A DNA stretch of 64,000 nt from Tubiluchus corallicola. Taxonomy: Eukaryota > Animalia > Priapulida. Of this stretch, positions 11,344 through 25,500 are shown piece after piece; position 1 is the first letter of the stretch; each line of letters begins with the position of its first letter. The notes below the pieces were generated by a model. The model saw nothing but the letters and a program-made list of their open reading frames with translations, did not search any database and was not told the origin of the DNA. The stretch spans positions 248,001-312,000 of the forward strand of contig JAQGDQ010000031.1 of the NCBI GenBank assembly GCA_030141605.1, given 5' to 3'. The position numbers and the translations under genes were made by a program.

Positions 11344-14300
11344 CTATCCGGTGCCATTGCTTATACCAGCAAACTTTAACTTTCTCACGGCTTTCTTATC
11401 TTCGGTTGGGGTACTCCTTCCAACTATGAGTTCACCGTTGACTTCTTTTAATGGCGCAGGATGAAACATGCAGTCGGATGACCCAGAACGCAGGCGGCAA
11501 ACTGGAGAACCAGGCTGACAGGTAATATCTGAACCTGTACAAAAAAACGAATATATTAAATCAGTACCCAATACCCTTTGATATTTATAATTATATCCTT
11601 AATTTAATTAACTGATTAATTAACCTATTTGAGTAATTTTGCAGCTCTCCATTATGACATACTATTCACAAACACTTTCGTTACAAACGCAGAAATACAT
11701 TCAAAAATTCGGAATATCTTTTGGAAGGAAATTTCTCTCAAGGCACATCCAGAGTATCTGTAGCGCAGTGCCCTATTCAGACAGGGCCCGGCTCTTTGGT
11801 GGGTTGATACCCTAGACAGAAGTATTTTTAGTGCCCTTCCTCAAACTTTTCACCACGGTCTCAATCATACTAACAAAATTGATTTTTTTGTATAATATTA
11901 TAATAAAATATAATAGTGGCTGTGTGTTAGGCTTACACATGTACTATAGTTCACCAACTAAGTGTGTGTACCTAACTGCAGCTAGTGTTGATTGAATATG
12001 AAATTGAATTTATGGCCCCATTGTACGTCTCGGGTCTTGAGCAGCTATCAAATTTCTGCTACTCTCAGCTAGATTTTCCCTCACCAGAAAATTTTTGAAA
12101 CCCCAACTCCTTTCTTCATGTATCCATCCATTTGACTAGCTTCATCATTTTCAGAACTCTGGTCTTGTTGCATATACTTCATTAGAGATAGTTTCTAGAG
12201 ATATTTTATATAGTTTCATTTAATTAAAGGTGTTGTGCACTTATGAGGCAACTGCACATACATTATGTTATTAGGTATTCTAAGCTTAAAAATTAAAGAA
12301 GTGCTTCCAGAATTTAGCGCTCTACGCAACTGACTAGTTTGCCTTGTGGTACAGCCGGCCCTGTACTCAGACCTAAAGATGGACAAACACATTAATGTGA
12401 TAAGTCCCATAATCACAATTATTGTATGCCAAATTTGTTAATCACATTAATGCAATTGAATATCATTATAAAGCTTATTCAAAAATTTCTATGACTAGTC
12501 ATCCTTGACAGTGCTACAGGAGAAATTTATATAATCACATGACGTATACAAATCCAGGTAATAAAGTCACAGGAAAATACAAATAATCCTAATCCCAATC
12601 CTAACCATAAGATATCAACTAAAAACGTGATTTTTTTCACATAGATATAATGTCAAAATTATAAATAGTGTTGTCAATATGTACAAGTCATGTATTGCCA
12701 GTTAATAATTAAAAATGATTAAAATAATTTTTGTTTTAGTATTTTAACTGTTTACAGAATTAAATAAATAAATTGTGACTGACTTGAATATTTTTGTTTG
12801 ATTGCCTGATTCTTTCCTAAGTCAAAAATATGACTTTTTTCCTGAGACTTTATTACCGGCCACGAGGTAATACACAAGCATTAAAAACATATTTAAAACC
12901 TTCTTTGAAATGAAAGTATCATTTTGTGTTTTCATTAACTTTAATTTTATACTGACCTGAAAATGATCGACACCTCCGTTCGTCACTGACTTCAGGCTTC
13001 AAAGAGAGATTAAACATGGAGTATTCTGGATCATCGGTCACTTCCTTTTCCACCTGCAGAAAATCTGGAAGTTCCAAATCGCTTCCCCGCTTAGTCGTGT
13101 AAGTTTCCAGAATGATTAGGCCATCACATCTGCAGAGTTTGTAAGTTTAACACTGTTATTGTTAAGCGATATAATAAAAAAAGATTATTACTAATGTAAA
13201 TGCTAGGGCAAATTTGAGGAAAAAGGGAAGTTATTACATGCTTCTAGGAAACTACAAAATATTAAGCATAAAATTGATATGGTGGCAGAATGCTTCAATT
13301 AAGCAAAAATGAGCATCTCAAAAGGTATTAATATACGAGATTTAGTTGAAATATATGGGTGTAAACTCAGAATAATTTCACGAGTGTGAAGTCACCAGGG
13401 TTTAAAAATCCACCACTCTACAATTGCTCACACTAATCTAGAACAGGAGTCGCACAATTGTGCTGTATAGCACCTGCCCAACATCAATGTGAAAATTTGT
13501 TACTGAAACTTAACTGAATATGAAGGAAACAATCCTAACTAATAACAATACTGAAAAAGATACACTTTACAGATATTAATACCATCCATTACTATTTCAT
13601 GTATTGAACAATTAATGTTTAACGAAACCGTCTGAACAAAACCAGAAAATGTTTAATGTTTAACACATTGAAACCTACTGAAGTAGTTGAATGGGTTAAC
13701 CAGATGATTTTTGATAAAGTACTCATCTGTCACTAAATGTACTCATGTCAATAAATCATCTCACGCATGCATTTAACTATTTAAAAACTAAAGACTTTTA
13801 CAAATTAAACGAAAAACTCACTTTGGTGGGCATGGCTGCTGATAAATATCCATCTGAAAGTATTGATTGTGCCAAAGGAAACACCGCCGTATTTTATACA
13901 CAGTATAATGATCTGAATCAGCCTGGGCAAGCAAGTTCTGCAAAGAACATAAAAATTATTGATGCTGTATGCGAACACCACATACACAAGCTTGTGTGCC
14001 TATTATTAATGAGCTCACATCGTAGCCTAGAACAACAGTAATTTGCATCATTTCACAATGAAATTAATTCACAGTTTTTAATCAACAAGAACTTTACTAT
14101 TATCTCAACTGTAGTACAATTTTTTTACTTTATTTAAAGCTGTGATTAGCAAAAAGCAAACAAATAAACTAGAATAAAATAACTGACAAAGAATGATTAG
14201 ATTTTATTTCCCACATATATATACATACATATACTATTCTTGCTTGTACTCGTTCTACAATCACATCAAATATACAAACAAATCAACAAGCAAAATAACA

Positions 14301-17300
14301 TTAATTAAGTAAGCAATGTGAATATATACAATTAAGCGAGAGTAAGATATGTTAATATGACATACAACTCATTCCTGTTAAAAATCAAAACTATTACATT
14401 CTAGAGCCCATAAAACTTCTTCAATGAGATTTACAGTTTATATTTGTTCTTTGCTAACAAAGCCAAATACGTCTAATGTAAACAAAAAAAACTTTAGAAA
14501 GAAAATTTTCATTTGCATAAAGTTTTGTACTCGTTAGGAATAGATAAATTATAACTCATTATAGAAGATGCTTGAAACTGAATAATTATGTGCAAAGATA
14601 ATAATTAGCTATACCATTTCCACTATTCAAGCAGCTATGGTAAAATTTAACAAATCGTTTCTCTAATTGTTTAAGTATACATATAGCATACTTACTATTA
14701 CAATGTAATCAAAGGTGACTCTGACTGACGATGCACTGCTAGTAAGAGAATTCACAATATCTGTCGATAGCTCAGCACATACGTGCTGATATCGCAAGGT
14801 TCTGGGTTCGAATTCTGCTTGACTCATTAACCTTCCACCATCATTATTGTTACTATTGACTACATATAAACCATTAGGATTATTAATTTTCGGTTATCAC
14901 AGTGTGACATTTAAAAATCTATCACCAGTATACAACTTACAACATATTCTCTGTTAGTCAGCTGAGCTTTCAATTCCACACTTTGGTTGTTAATCTCAGG
15001 CCGTCGAATCGTGTGTGTGTACGTCCAATGTTCTGAAAAAAGTAAAATTAATCTTAAGCTAGAGAACATGTCAAGACGTGATAATTTAAAAAATAATAAC
15101 ATCTTCAAATTACACCTTAACTTACTGTAGCTCAGTCAAGCTGACAATCTTGCATAATGAATTATGATTATTTTATTAAGGATTGATATGCATAACCCGT
15201 GTTTGCTCTTGATGTGTGATAATTTTATCATACATGCAATTTTATGTAAACTGTATGGAAAATTAATATGCTTAGTAAATTATTGTGGCCTGTTAAATTT
15301 TAAATTATTTTTATAATCTGTATATACACAGTAATTCAGTTTTTAAAAGTAGTGTGTTGTTGTAGTAAGTTTGCTTACTTACTACTTGCAAATTATGATA
15401 CAAATTTGAAACAATGAGTGAGAAGTCATAACCTTCAACATTAGTAAATTGTATTTAGTGAAATAGTCGAGTGAATACTTTTAAAATTGTCAATATAAGT
15501 GAATGAGTTTTTATTGAATCAAATTTTGTTTTTCATTTTCATAAATTCTTAGACTTTAATAAAAAATGCTAACATAATGAATTATAGCGCAGAAAATGTG
15601 AGCAAAAGACATATGTAATTCAGATTACAAGCAACTGCATGTAACACCAGCAATGTTTCCTGAGTCTATTGATCTATCCGCGCAACTGGATCGAATGCTA
15701 AGGAAAAAAAGAAGCTTTCATTGATACGATTAACTACCAGTCAATACAGCAGTAGAAAAGCGTTGAAAAGACACTAAAATGACTTATGACACTATGACGA
15801 CTTATTTATGTAATGTAACAGTGTATTATATACACAGATGCTCAAACACAGAAACATAGAAAACATCAAGGATAACTTGTCATTATACAGGACACATTTA
15901 AAATTGTAAATTTTGTAAATAATTACTGCTCGGAAAATGTGACAAGTAAAACATAATCGTGCAGACTGATCATCTAATCCCCAGCATTTCTGTCACGCAA
16001 AAATTACTGTTGTAGAACACGGCTAACTTACCATTTTGCCCTCGCCGTCGAAGTCTTGCCTGGGTCTGTCTGTTTGGCGTAACTAGATAGTGGTGAACAA
16101 CTTGGAAATCTTCAAACTGGGGAAATTCCTGAATAAAAACATGTAGATTTCTAAGAACTTTGACTATAAAAAAACAATATAACAAGGTACAGTAAGTCCT
16201 CGCTTAACGATGTTTCGATTTAACGGCTCTGATGATTTGACACATTTTAGCGACAAATTTTTTACTTTGCTCACAGCTATTTTTATTTTATCAGCAACAT
16301 TTTTTTGCCTAATTTGAAGCATTAAGATGGTACATATTGTACTACTCTGTTCTAAAACGCATTAGTAACCTAAACAGTGCAATTATTATAATGCTTTTAC
16401 TTCCGGACTACGTACTAAATTCTAGCGACTCTAGATGTTTATCAAATGAGATCTATTTGTCGATTGTCGATCTATACGCCTCCACACAAACGAGTTTAAA
16501 CTTTATGCCAAGTAATTTGTCAGCAACCTAGCTGTTGCTATAACAACCAGGTTAGTACAACATGAAAGTGTTTCAAGGTTGCTCCATGCAGGCTTGGCTT
16601 TCACTACGCAGTGTTTAACTGTAACTGTTTACACATAGGCTTCAACGTTAAGGAATGAGAATCGCTAACAAGTCCAGCTAGACATTATAAAAAAAATAGG
16701 TGGTTTCAAGCAAACAGTAGAAATATGAATAAAATCCATAAAACCTTTCATTTATATGACTTAAGCGTATCTCTGTTCTTTTACATTACTTTGTGTAGAA
16801 ATCATGGTTTTGCTTAACGTCACATTTTTCTGGAACACATTAGCGTCAAAAGCGAGGACTTACTGTATCACCCGAAACACTTGTTAAACAAGTTTATCTG
16901 TTTCTGGAAATAACAAAAAACTGTCATAAATCACTAGCCTTTAAAAGCATGAAAAGCTAAAAACTGATTCTCTCACTATTATTGCACACGGTTTTTCAGT
17001 TAATAAAATCACTGTGTGCTAGTGTAAAGTTCACACTTAGAAACAGACTCTGCTGAATCTTATTATGCAAACTATAGAACTGTTATAAGCCCTTCATTCT
17101 TACACCACTTTTCTGAATGATTTCTCAGATAATCGACTTCAAACTTCTCTTCAAGTATAATTCATTTAAACAATAAGATTTCAAAAGTTAAAAAAAGGAA
17201 TTTGATTCTAAGCGCACGAGGAACTTGCAAACTTTATGAAAAAACTTCAAACTTGACGTTACAAATCACAGATAAGATATGTTTTATACTATATAAATAT

Positions 17301-19476
17301 ACAGTTATACACAGTAAAACTATTACTCGATGTGCAAAATAAAATTTATGCTACTATAATAAAGTTACTAAAGAAATGCATAAAGAATAAGACAAAACAG
17401 GTCAATGCCCCGGATTAGTAAATAATGTAAAACACAAAAAAGTTAAAACAAAGAATCCATTTACTTCCGTGAGAGAGCAAACAGCATCACCGTGACAACT
17501 GAGGAGCTGATGATTGTCTTGGACACCTGCAACCATGCACACCTCCTAGGGACAAACATGCAAACAGAAAAAACCTTGCAGCAAAACAAACACATCAAAA
17601 CAACAACAACAACAATTCTACAGTGACTATAGCCATGTTAGAACTGTAAAGTGAAACCAATTTTAGTTTTTCTTGACTTATTAAGTGCCACCAGACAGAA
17701 CAACGAACCATAATATGATATATGATATAACTTTAATGCTAGTGCTTAATCCATCTTTGAATCCAGATTCAGTTCTGTTTTATGCATTAAGTCTAACATT
17801 GCAAAAAATGTAAGTAAATTTCAGACTTATTTATAACGGACATGTTTTAATGATTAACCAAAGATGATAACTGATGCACGCATATGGTACTTCAACATTT
17901 TGCAGCTAACAACAAATCGGTATCCTTGATCCTAAGCTCAAATGTACACATTCTATCTTGTTTGATAGACTGAACATTGGAACAAGATGGTCATTCTACA
18001 ACTGAGTTTATTTTTCATTCATCACGTATCAGATATCAGAGCAACTGGATTTAAGCATCCATACCTTAATCTTGTGTGCCTCTGCGGTGCAGTTCCTAGC
18101 ACAGCTATCTACAAAGATTGCAGAAGGCCTGTGTTCAACTCCCAAGACAGCCCCAAAAAACTTTTGATGCTTTTCTGCATTTATGATTCAGCTAGACTCC
18201 ACTAATTCACCTAGATTTCTACTTCTACTTAAAAATTCCTGGTGGTTTCCAGGAAGCTTTTCTACAACTACTGGCCTTCTGCAAAGTAGACAGAAGATAC
18301 TTGCATCTAGTGGACAGGATTTTTCCTAGCAAACATTCCTGGGCTTTTTTCGAAAGACGTCCTATTAAACTAGCACCAGAACTATTTATAGAAGCAACCT
18401 AATTATCTAACCAGTCCACGTTTAATGCACTACAGCAATTAAACCATAAAGGTGTTTGAGAACACCTAAAGTTGATTAGTTTCTTTAAATATGCGTGCAG
18501 AGTACAAAAAATGACTTCCAAATATCTTAATATATGATATAATCTGAACAAAGTGGATTAAGTCTAGTTAAAGTAACAGAGTATGTGACACATGGGAATA
18601 TACCAGAAAACAAGCATCATTAATTTATACAAAATTTCATGATAGACATTTAAACATAGAATTTTACTTTTTGAAAATTATGAGTGGATGCACAAAACAT
18701 TATTAAAAGTAATCGAAGACAACACTGTTAAACAGGCACATTGAAGAAAACATAAGTTACTTTTTAATCTTCAAAGTTAAACACTGTTAGCCACTGCTGT
18801 GTTAGCCAACATTACTGTTAGCAACAAAATGTTATAACAAAAACATTCTTCACAAAACAACTAACCAATAGACGTATGTTAAGTGCAAATGCACACCAAT
18901 TAAAGAACAAGTACACCAAGTTCCCACAACAGTCAAAACAAAATTCACTAATAACACTTGCAAAACACGAGTCATCAGGAAAATGTACCTTCATGCCCGT
19001 TGGTAAACACTTGATGAGGAACTTTCGTTTCTTACTGCCTTTGACAAGTCGATCACCAGTAACAATACCAGTACGCTGACAAACCGACTAAAATGAATAA
19101 GATGATGAAAATTATAGTGACAAGTAAATAACGCAGTTATACAAAACTGCAGACCTGTTTACTAATGAAAACAACAGTGTGATGGTAAACTCAGTCAGGT
19201 TATAATTTTGTTAAATTTTAGTATTGCTTTCTACTCACAGGAGATAGAGAAAAGATGGTATAGATAATGAAGTTACAGAGAAGAGGGACGGACGAAAAAG
19301 CAAGACGAGAGAAAGAACTAAAAAGAGAGGGGGGAAGGAGATGGGGGAAAGAGAAAGAGAGGTAAAGAGAGAGCGAGAGAGAGAGAGAGGGATAGGGGAG
19401 AGAGGGAGAGAGAGAGGGGAGAAAGAAAGAGTGAGAGAAAGAGAGAGAAAAGAGAGGGGAGGGAGAGGGCGAGGGC

Positions 19477-19551
<75 letters not shown>

Positions 19552-22500
19552 GTGCAAAGACAGCTTTATTTGGAAAATTAAGTTAAGTCAATATAATTAC
19601 AAAACAATTTTGTGCAAATTTCACACAATTTCATTCACGTACATACATAATAAATAATTATGTACAAAGTTACAATTAGCTACACCACGAGCGCAATGCA
19701 CTGAGTAATGTGTTCACTAACCTGAAGAAAATACATACATGCATTTTCCCATTAGCAATGTTAGAATCAGTTTTCTTAAATACACAGTAAAAGCTGATAC
19801 TACAAAACCCTTAGGTATACAGTCCTCAAACAATAATAAAACAAACATTCGAAGTGTAAACAAGTGGAATATTACACACAATCAATTAAACAATATTCAT
19901 ACTTGAAGTACTAACGAATTACCTGGATCATCCTCATCAGTTTCGTTTCAAAGTCAGTGGAATTGTCGATGACATCATAGTAAGGGTGTCCGACCCATGC
20001 CCCAGCTGCCCGTTGGTCAAGTTCACGAGCTTCGTCAATATTTTCATACCGTGTCGCATGCTCTTCTGTAGTGTAAAATTCCTCTGCTCCGTCTGCTGCA
20101 GTTACCTAGCAAACAAAGTCTTTACTTGAACATATATGTATTTGTTGCTGATGTAGAAAAAGGTGTTAGTTTACCACAAGAAAATGATGATTACAAGTTA
20201 TTCTTCGTTTTACCAAGCAACAAGTACAATACAACACTCTTAATATAAAGTACAAGGCTTATTAATGTTGACGGCTGTGGCGAGACAGGAATCTAGCCGA
20301 AGGTCATCACAAGCCTTTAAAAGGGATATTCTGGCAAAGCAGCCTGAGCTACATTTGGAATTCAATTACATATACAGCTCCCTCAACAAGAAAAAACCAG
20401 ATGTGGTAGATAAAAACATCCAAAAGCTGTTTTTCGCTCATCCATTTACTAGCCAAGCGAGACTTAGCTTAACTTCCACGAAAGCAGTCATGCACATCTG
20501 TACAGACACATACAATAGAACTAGATACAGTAATACATAAGCTGATTCCTGGAATTCGAAACAAAAAAAAACAGGCTTAACAGAAAGGACAAGTTCCTTA
20601 GCAAGTTGGGATAGTAGCTGCCATCGAAAAATATGACATCACTTAAAAGTTATGACGTATCTGGCTGACTTTTTATAAACACATCATGGCTTTTCGTAAG
20701 CACACGCTGCTTAAACTAATTCAAACTTCTGCAATTTACCTAATATTCATATAAAAATATCACAAAATTGGCTTATAATAGTTTGCAAAAACTTATTATA
20801 TTTTTGATAGTGCGCTGCTTTTCTTAAGCCGACGAACGACGCCATTGGTAAAAGAAATGGCACTCAAAATGAAAGAGCCCAAGTGCGAAATGATCGTGGC
20901 TTCAAGTGTTTTTTTTCTAATTACACAAGATGCTTATTACGCTTTTATTACTAAATCCTTTCAGTATTTTTCCCAAACATTGAAATAAACCAAACTTCCC
21001 AGAAGGCTTGGCCTTTCCTTTAAACAGCCTGTTGTTGCAATTAAAAACTTGACATATTTCTTCTTAACTTTATTGTTTAAGATTGGCATCTTTATCTGTA
21101 GGTTCCTTGATTAAGGTTTCTCCTGATTTGTGCCACAGAATCGCATCCAATGCTAAAAAATTCCACGAAAAACTTTGCAAAATGTTACAGCGAGAAATAT
21201 TAACCCACCATGTGTATAATCTGGTCATATCGATTATCCCGAACCGCGACAGGATTCCAACAGTTCTCCGCCATCATCCGCTGCCAATCCTCCTGTTTGA
21301 GAAATGCAGAAGCATCCATGGTCCCACGATCACAAATCACTAAACAATTCTTCTTATACGTAGCTGCAAGACTAAAGTAAGTGTTCTCTATCTGCATCAT
21401 GGTTTTCAACAAATCTTCCTGGAACTTATAACCTGTGAAGAAACAAATAGAATTTGAATCACTATTTCAGTTTAAATTAGTTTTATTTCCACTTTAAATA
21501 TGCACAACAATGGTTTAACAAAAAATGTGTAAAACATCACTGTACAGATCCCATGATAATTCAGCTAATATCGTTAACATACGAACACTAGTATCGACAC
21601 TAACAATCTTTTCTCGAAAAGCAGATAATAGCTGTTGGTAACATCTCTAAAAACATTTCTGCTGTGCAACTACATACAGATGGGGTGGCGAAAGACCATA
21701 ATGGTCACTTAGCAGCCAACACGATTTGTAAAACATTACTATTGTATTTAGCTAACTTAGTAGTGGTATTACTAAGTGTTTGCGAATGACTTGTGTTTTA
21801 CAGTTATCCTATCATATAATAAAAACATGTTAGTAGTTAAATAACATTTCAAAGCAAGCTGTTCTTATGTATATAATAATATGATATTTAATTTAGCAGT
21901 CTGTAATCAAATTTCATAAATGCTCTAATAAGGTACATAAACATAAAATTAACAGAAGACAAATGTGCATTTTGTGTGTTCTGTTAACAAATTGCCGTAA
22001 CTAACTAGCTCTGGATGATCTATTTCAGGGAATATAACTCTAAACGGGTTTAAGCATTTATTATATAATGAAATAATGCACTACAAGGTACAGAACTCTA
22101 ACAGTGCTTAATGACTGTTAAAAAAGCAGGAAGCTACCGTGTTGCACAAATCCTAACGAGTTGACAATTTCCTGACATGGCGCCTGACATTTTCGCACTT
22201 CTGCACAACAACGGAAGTCTGTTTTCGTCAAATGAAACTAATCAGTGCCGTAAAAGCATGCAGGTAAATAGACAGGTTAGCACTGCGGTATAATTACCTT
22301 GATCAGGGCTCAGCTCCACCCACTTGATACCACCACTGAAATGAAAACAAGAGTTAGAAAAAGCTACATATTTCAGTTTTCTTTCACCTTTTTATTCAAG
22401 ATTAAGCACAAACCATCCTAACAGCACAAATTTCGTTTAGCTTCCTCGGGTTCCCAAATTGAGCCAAGTACCCCACTGCTACCAGGACACGAAATGACTC

Positions 22501-25500
22501 AAGCATGTAAAAAAATTCATTATTTATGAGATAAATAACCTAATATTAAATTAATCAGGCATCTATCGCTTACATCAAGAAGTGACCCACACTGAGGTCT
22601 AATCATAATAATTTTCTGCAAATCAAATTACCAGCAATGACACTAAAATCCCTAATGCATGCCTGTAGAAGGCGAGTAAATACTACCAGAAACTGAATTC
22701 GGAGCTCTGGCTTTCGAAACTATATTTCAAAATTCGAATTCAGTACTAAAGACACTTCAATTAAATTTTAAACAGGCAACAAAAAGCAGTCTGTCAAAGA
22801 TCATGTACATTACTGTTTGTTTGATTTTGTTCTACACAAAAACTAAAGATGTGCAAAAAGATCACACATAATTTGTTTCGATTGTATGTTTCAATTTTTT
22901 TAATGATAAAGATCAAGATTACGTAATTATAATGATAAATTAGTCTAATCCATAATTTTAGGTTAAAATTGAATATGAATTAGAACTTTTGTATCAAAAT
23001 TCTATGTTCAATTTTAGTACAATACATAACACAAAATAAACGTTAATATTTTAGTACAGTAAATTAACAGCATTTAATTGTGACATTACAAAAATTTTAG
23101 GCACAATGTCAGAGCAACAGTTTCGTTTATCTTTGTATACAGATCAATAAAGAACATAATCAATAGCCCAAATAGTTGAACTGTACAATAGTAAACTGAT
23201 TCATAATTGAACAGCATTTGGGCACAACAGTCTATTATGAATTTAAACACCTAGGGTGTAGCTGAGAGAGAAGTAAAGCTACGTAATCAGCTTCTCATTA
23301 GTAGCATGGGGAGAGGAACATATCTCTGAACTATTAAGCAGGTAACAAGGATGAGGGAGGTAGGCTAAATAATGTTTGCAGCAATAGTTGTACAGTAATG
23401 TTAGGTGAAGTGCATTTACTGCCTACTGGTAAATGTTAGCTAAAATAACATATGTAATGGTACTTGACTTTAAATAGACATGTGCAGACAAACAAACAAT
23501 TACTAATGTGCAAAAATACAAGACTGATAAATTATTAAATAAAAAAGTACTGATGTTCATTTGTTTTTAGTTGGTATTTTATTCATTAAATACATCCACA
23601 GGAAACATTACAGCATAGCACTTTAAAAGTCTTTAATGAATTGGTAAAAGATATTTATTATGTACCCAGAGTGCCAAGCTGCAAATGGCCTATAAGCCAC
23701 TCAATAAGTAATTACTTGTTGCGAGCATCACAAGTGAATGCGGATTGAGAAAAAGAAAAATGAGGAGTAAAGAAACAGAATGTTGCAACATGGGATCCTT
23801 GATTATGTAGCACAGCAATGAACTACACGAACGTAGGAGAATCAGCCCCGAAAAACTGATCATTTACAACTTGCAATGACTTTACTAAAAACAGAAACAC
23901 TGTATCCCTAAAGCTTAGAACACGCACTTCTGTACTCCTACCATGTTACTACACTTTATTAGGTTTGTCACCATTTCACCATGTAATTCCATTACTGCAC
24001 TCAGTGCTAGCATATCTAACTCTTGCAAAAAGTTAAAAGAAAGAGCTGTGCAAGGCAGCGTCTACGTACGAGGTTGTTTTTAGTTTCGTGAGCCATTAGC
24101 CAACGTCTGATTAGATGTAAATAATTAAATGTCTGTAACTCTGTAGAGATGTAGCAGCCAAGCGTGGTTAATAAGTGAACATTTTGAACATTTTATCTCG
24201 CAGGATTATGATTGGTAGTGAACTAGGCTCTGATCCTGCCAACACACAGGCTGGCACTAGTAGAAAGCACTGCCACTACTCGAGTGTTACATTCTGTGCC
24301 TGACTGCAAGCATGCTGACCGGTGTAAAAAATTGTATTGCAAACTAAATACTTGAAAAAATGATTTTATACAAAAAAATCCATTAGTATGACTAGGTTAC
24401 ATAGCTCACATGTTTAACCCACTGAATTTTTATGTGAATTAAACCGACATTTCGTAAACACTTTAGTGAGTGTATATAATACGCAGTCTTGCCATTATCG
24501 ACATTCTCTACAAAATGACAAAATCCCTTAAGACACATACCGACAACACAGCTTTAAAAATTGATGCCAAAGTGGGTAATTTTACTCCGCACTTAAACTG
24601 TATGTAACTTGTTATTTTCTCAAATAGGTTTTCCGCGTAGGTGCACAGTGAATCAACATGTACTGTATTGATACAACACACACCTGCATTTTCTTGCAAC
24701 AGTTTGTTAACGTTACATAACCTCATTACTGGAGACTGAACATAAATGATATATTCAAAGGGATAAAACTTATAGATGCGGATGTGTAACCATGGCAACC
24801 ACATCACTGTTGAAGTCTGAATTAAATATTTACGTTATCACGAAATATTGAAGTTCAATAAATTAAGCACGAATTTTGACATGCAGAAGTGTAGTTTTAA
24901 CACTTTTCAATTTTTCTGAACACTACTAGCTCCAACTAAATATGTATTAGAAATTCCACAATGGCCAGTCCACCATAATTTATAAACAGTGGAAACAGAG
25001 CACAATAGTAAGGTTACTACTTAAACACTACAAAGGTAGGCACTGCAAAATTTCATAAGTATAATCTGTGCATCTGTAGACAAGTCTAAGTTGGTTTAAC
25101 ATACAAAAAAGGCAAATTAATGCACTAGCAGTTGCATAGAGTTTATACTTCTGCATCCCACTGACAAAAGGGAAAGGAGGACTATGAACTTTGAAGGTCT
25201 CCGTGTCTCTGCTCCTACCTAATTTGCTGTTATAATAAAGCAGCATGTGGTGTACAGGCATTTTAGGATACAAGAAATTAAACCACAATAGCTTTTAATT
25301 TAAAAAGCACTCAGATTAATATTTTTATTGATCTTTGGTCAAGCCACAACACAAGCAGTATGTTGCATAAATATGCCTTAGTCATAGTGTCACTCATAAT
25401 AACACATAGTGTCACTGATTTTTTTTTGCTTTTCTTTTTTGGTTTTCTCTTGCTTTTTTGAAAATAGTCCTACATTAATATTTTTCATTGATGCTACACG

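Noticed and set aside
13745-14041. 98-aa plus-strand ORF and 60-aa minus-strand ORF
   Set aside because: The real coding sequence is Ttd14 exon 13937-13822 in another frame.
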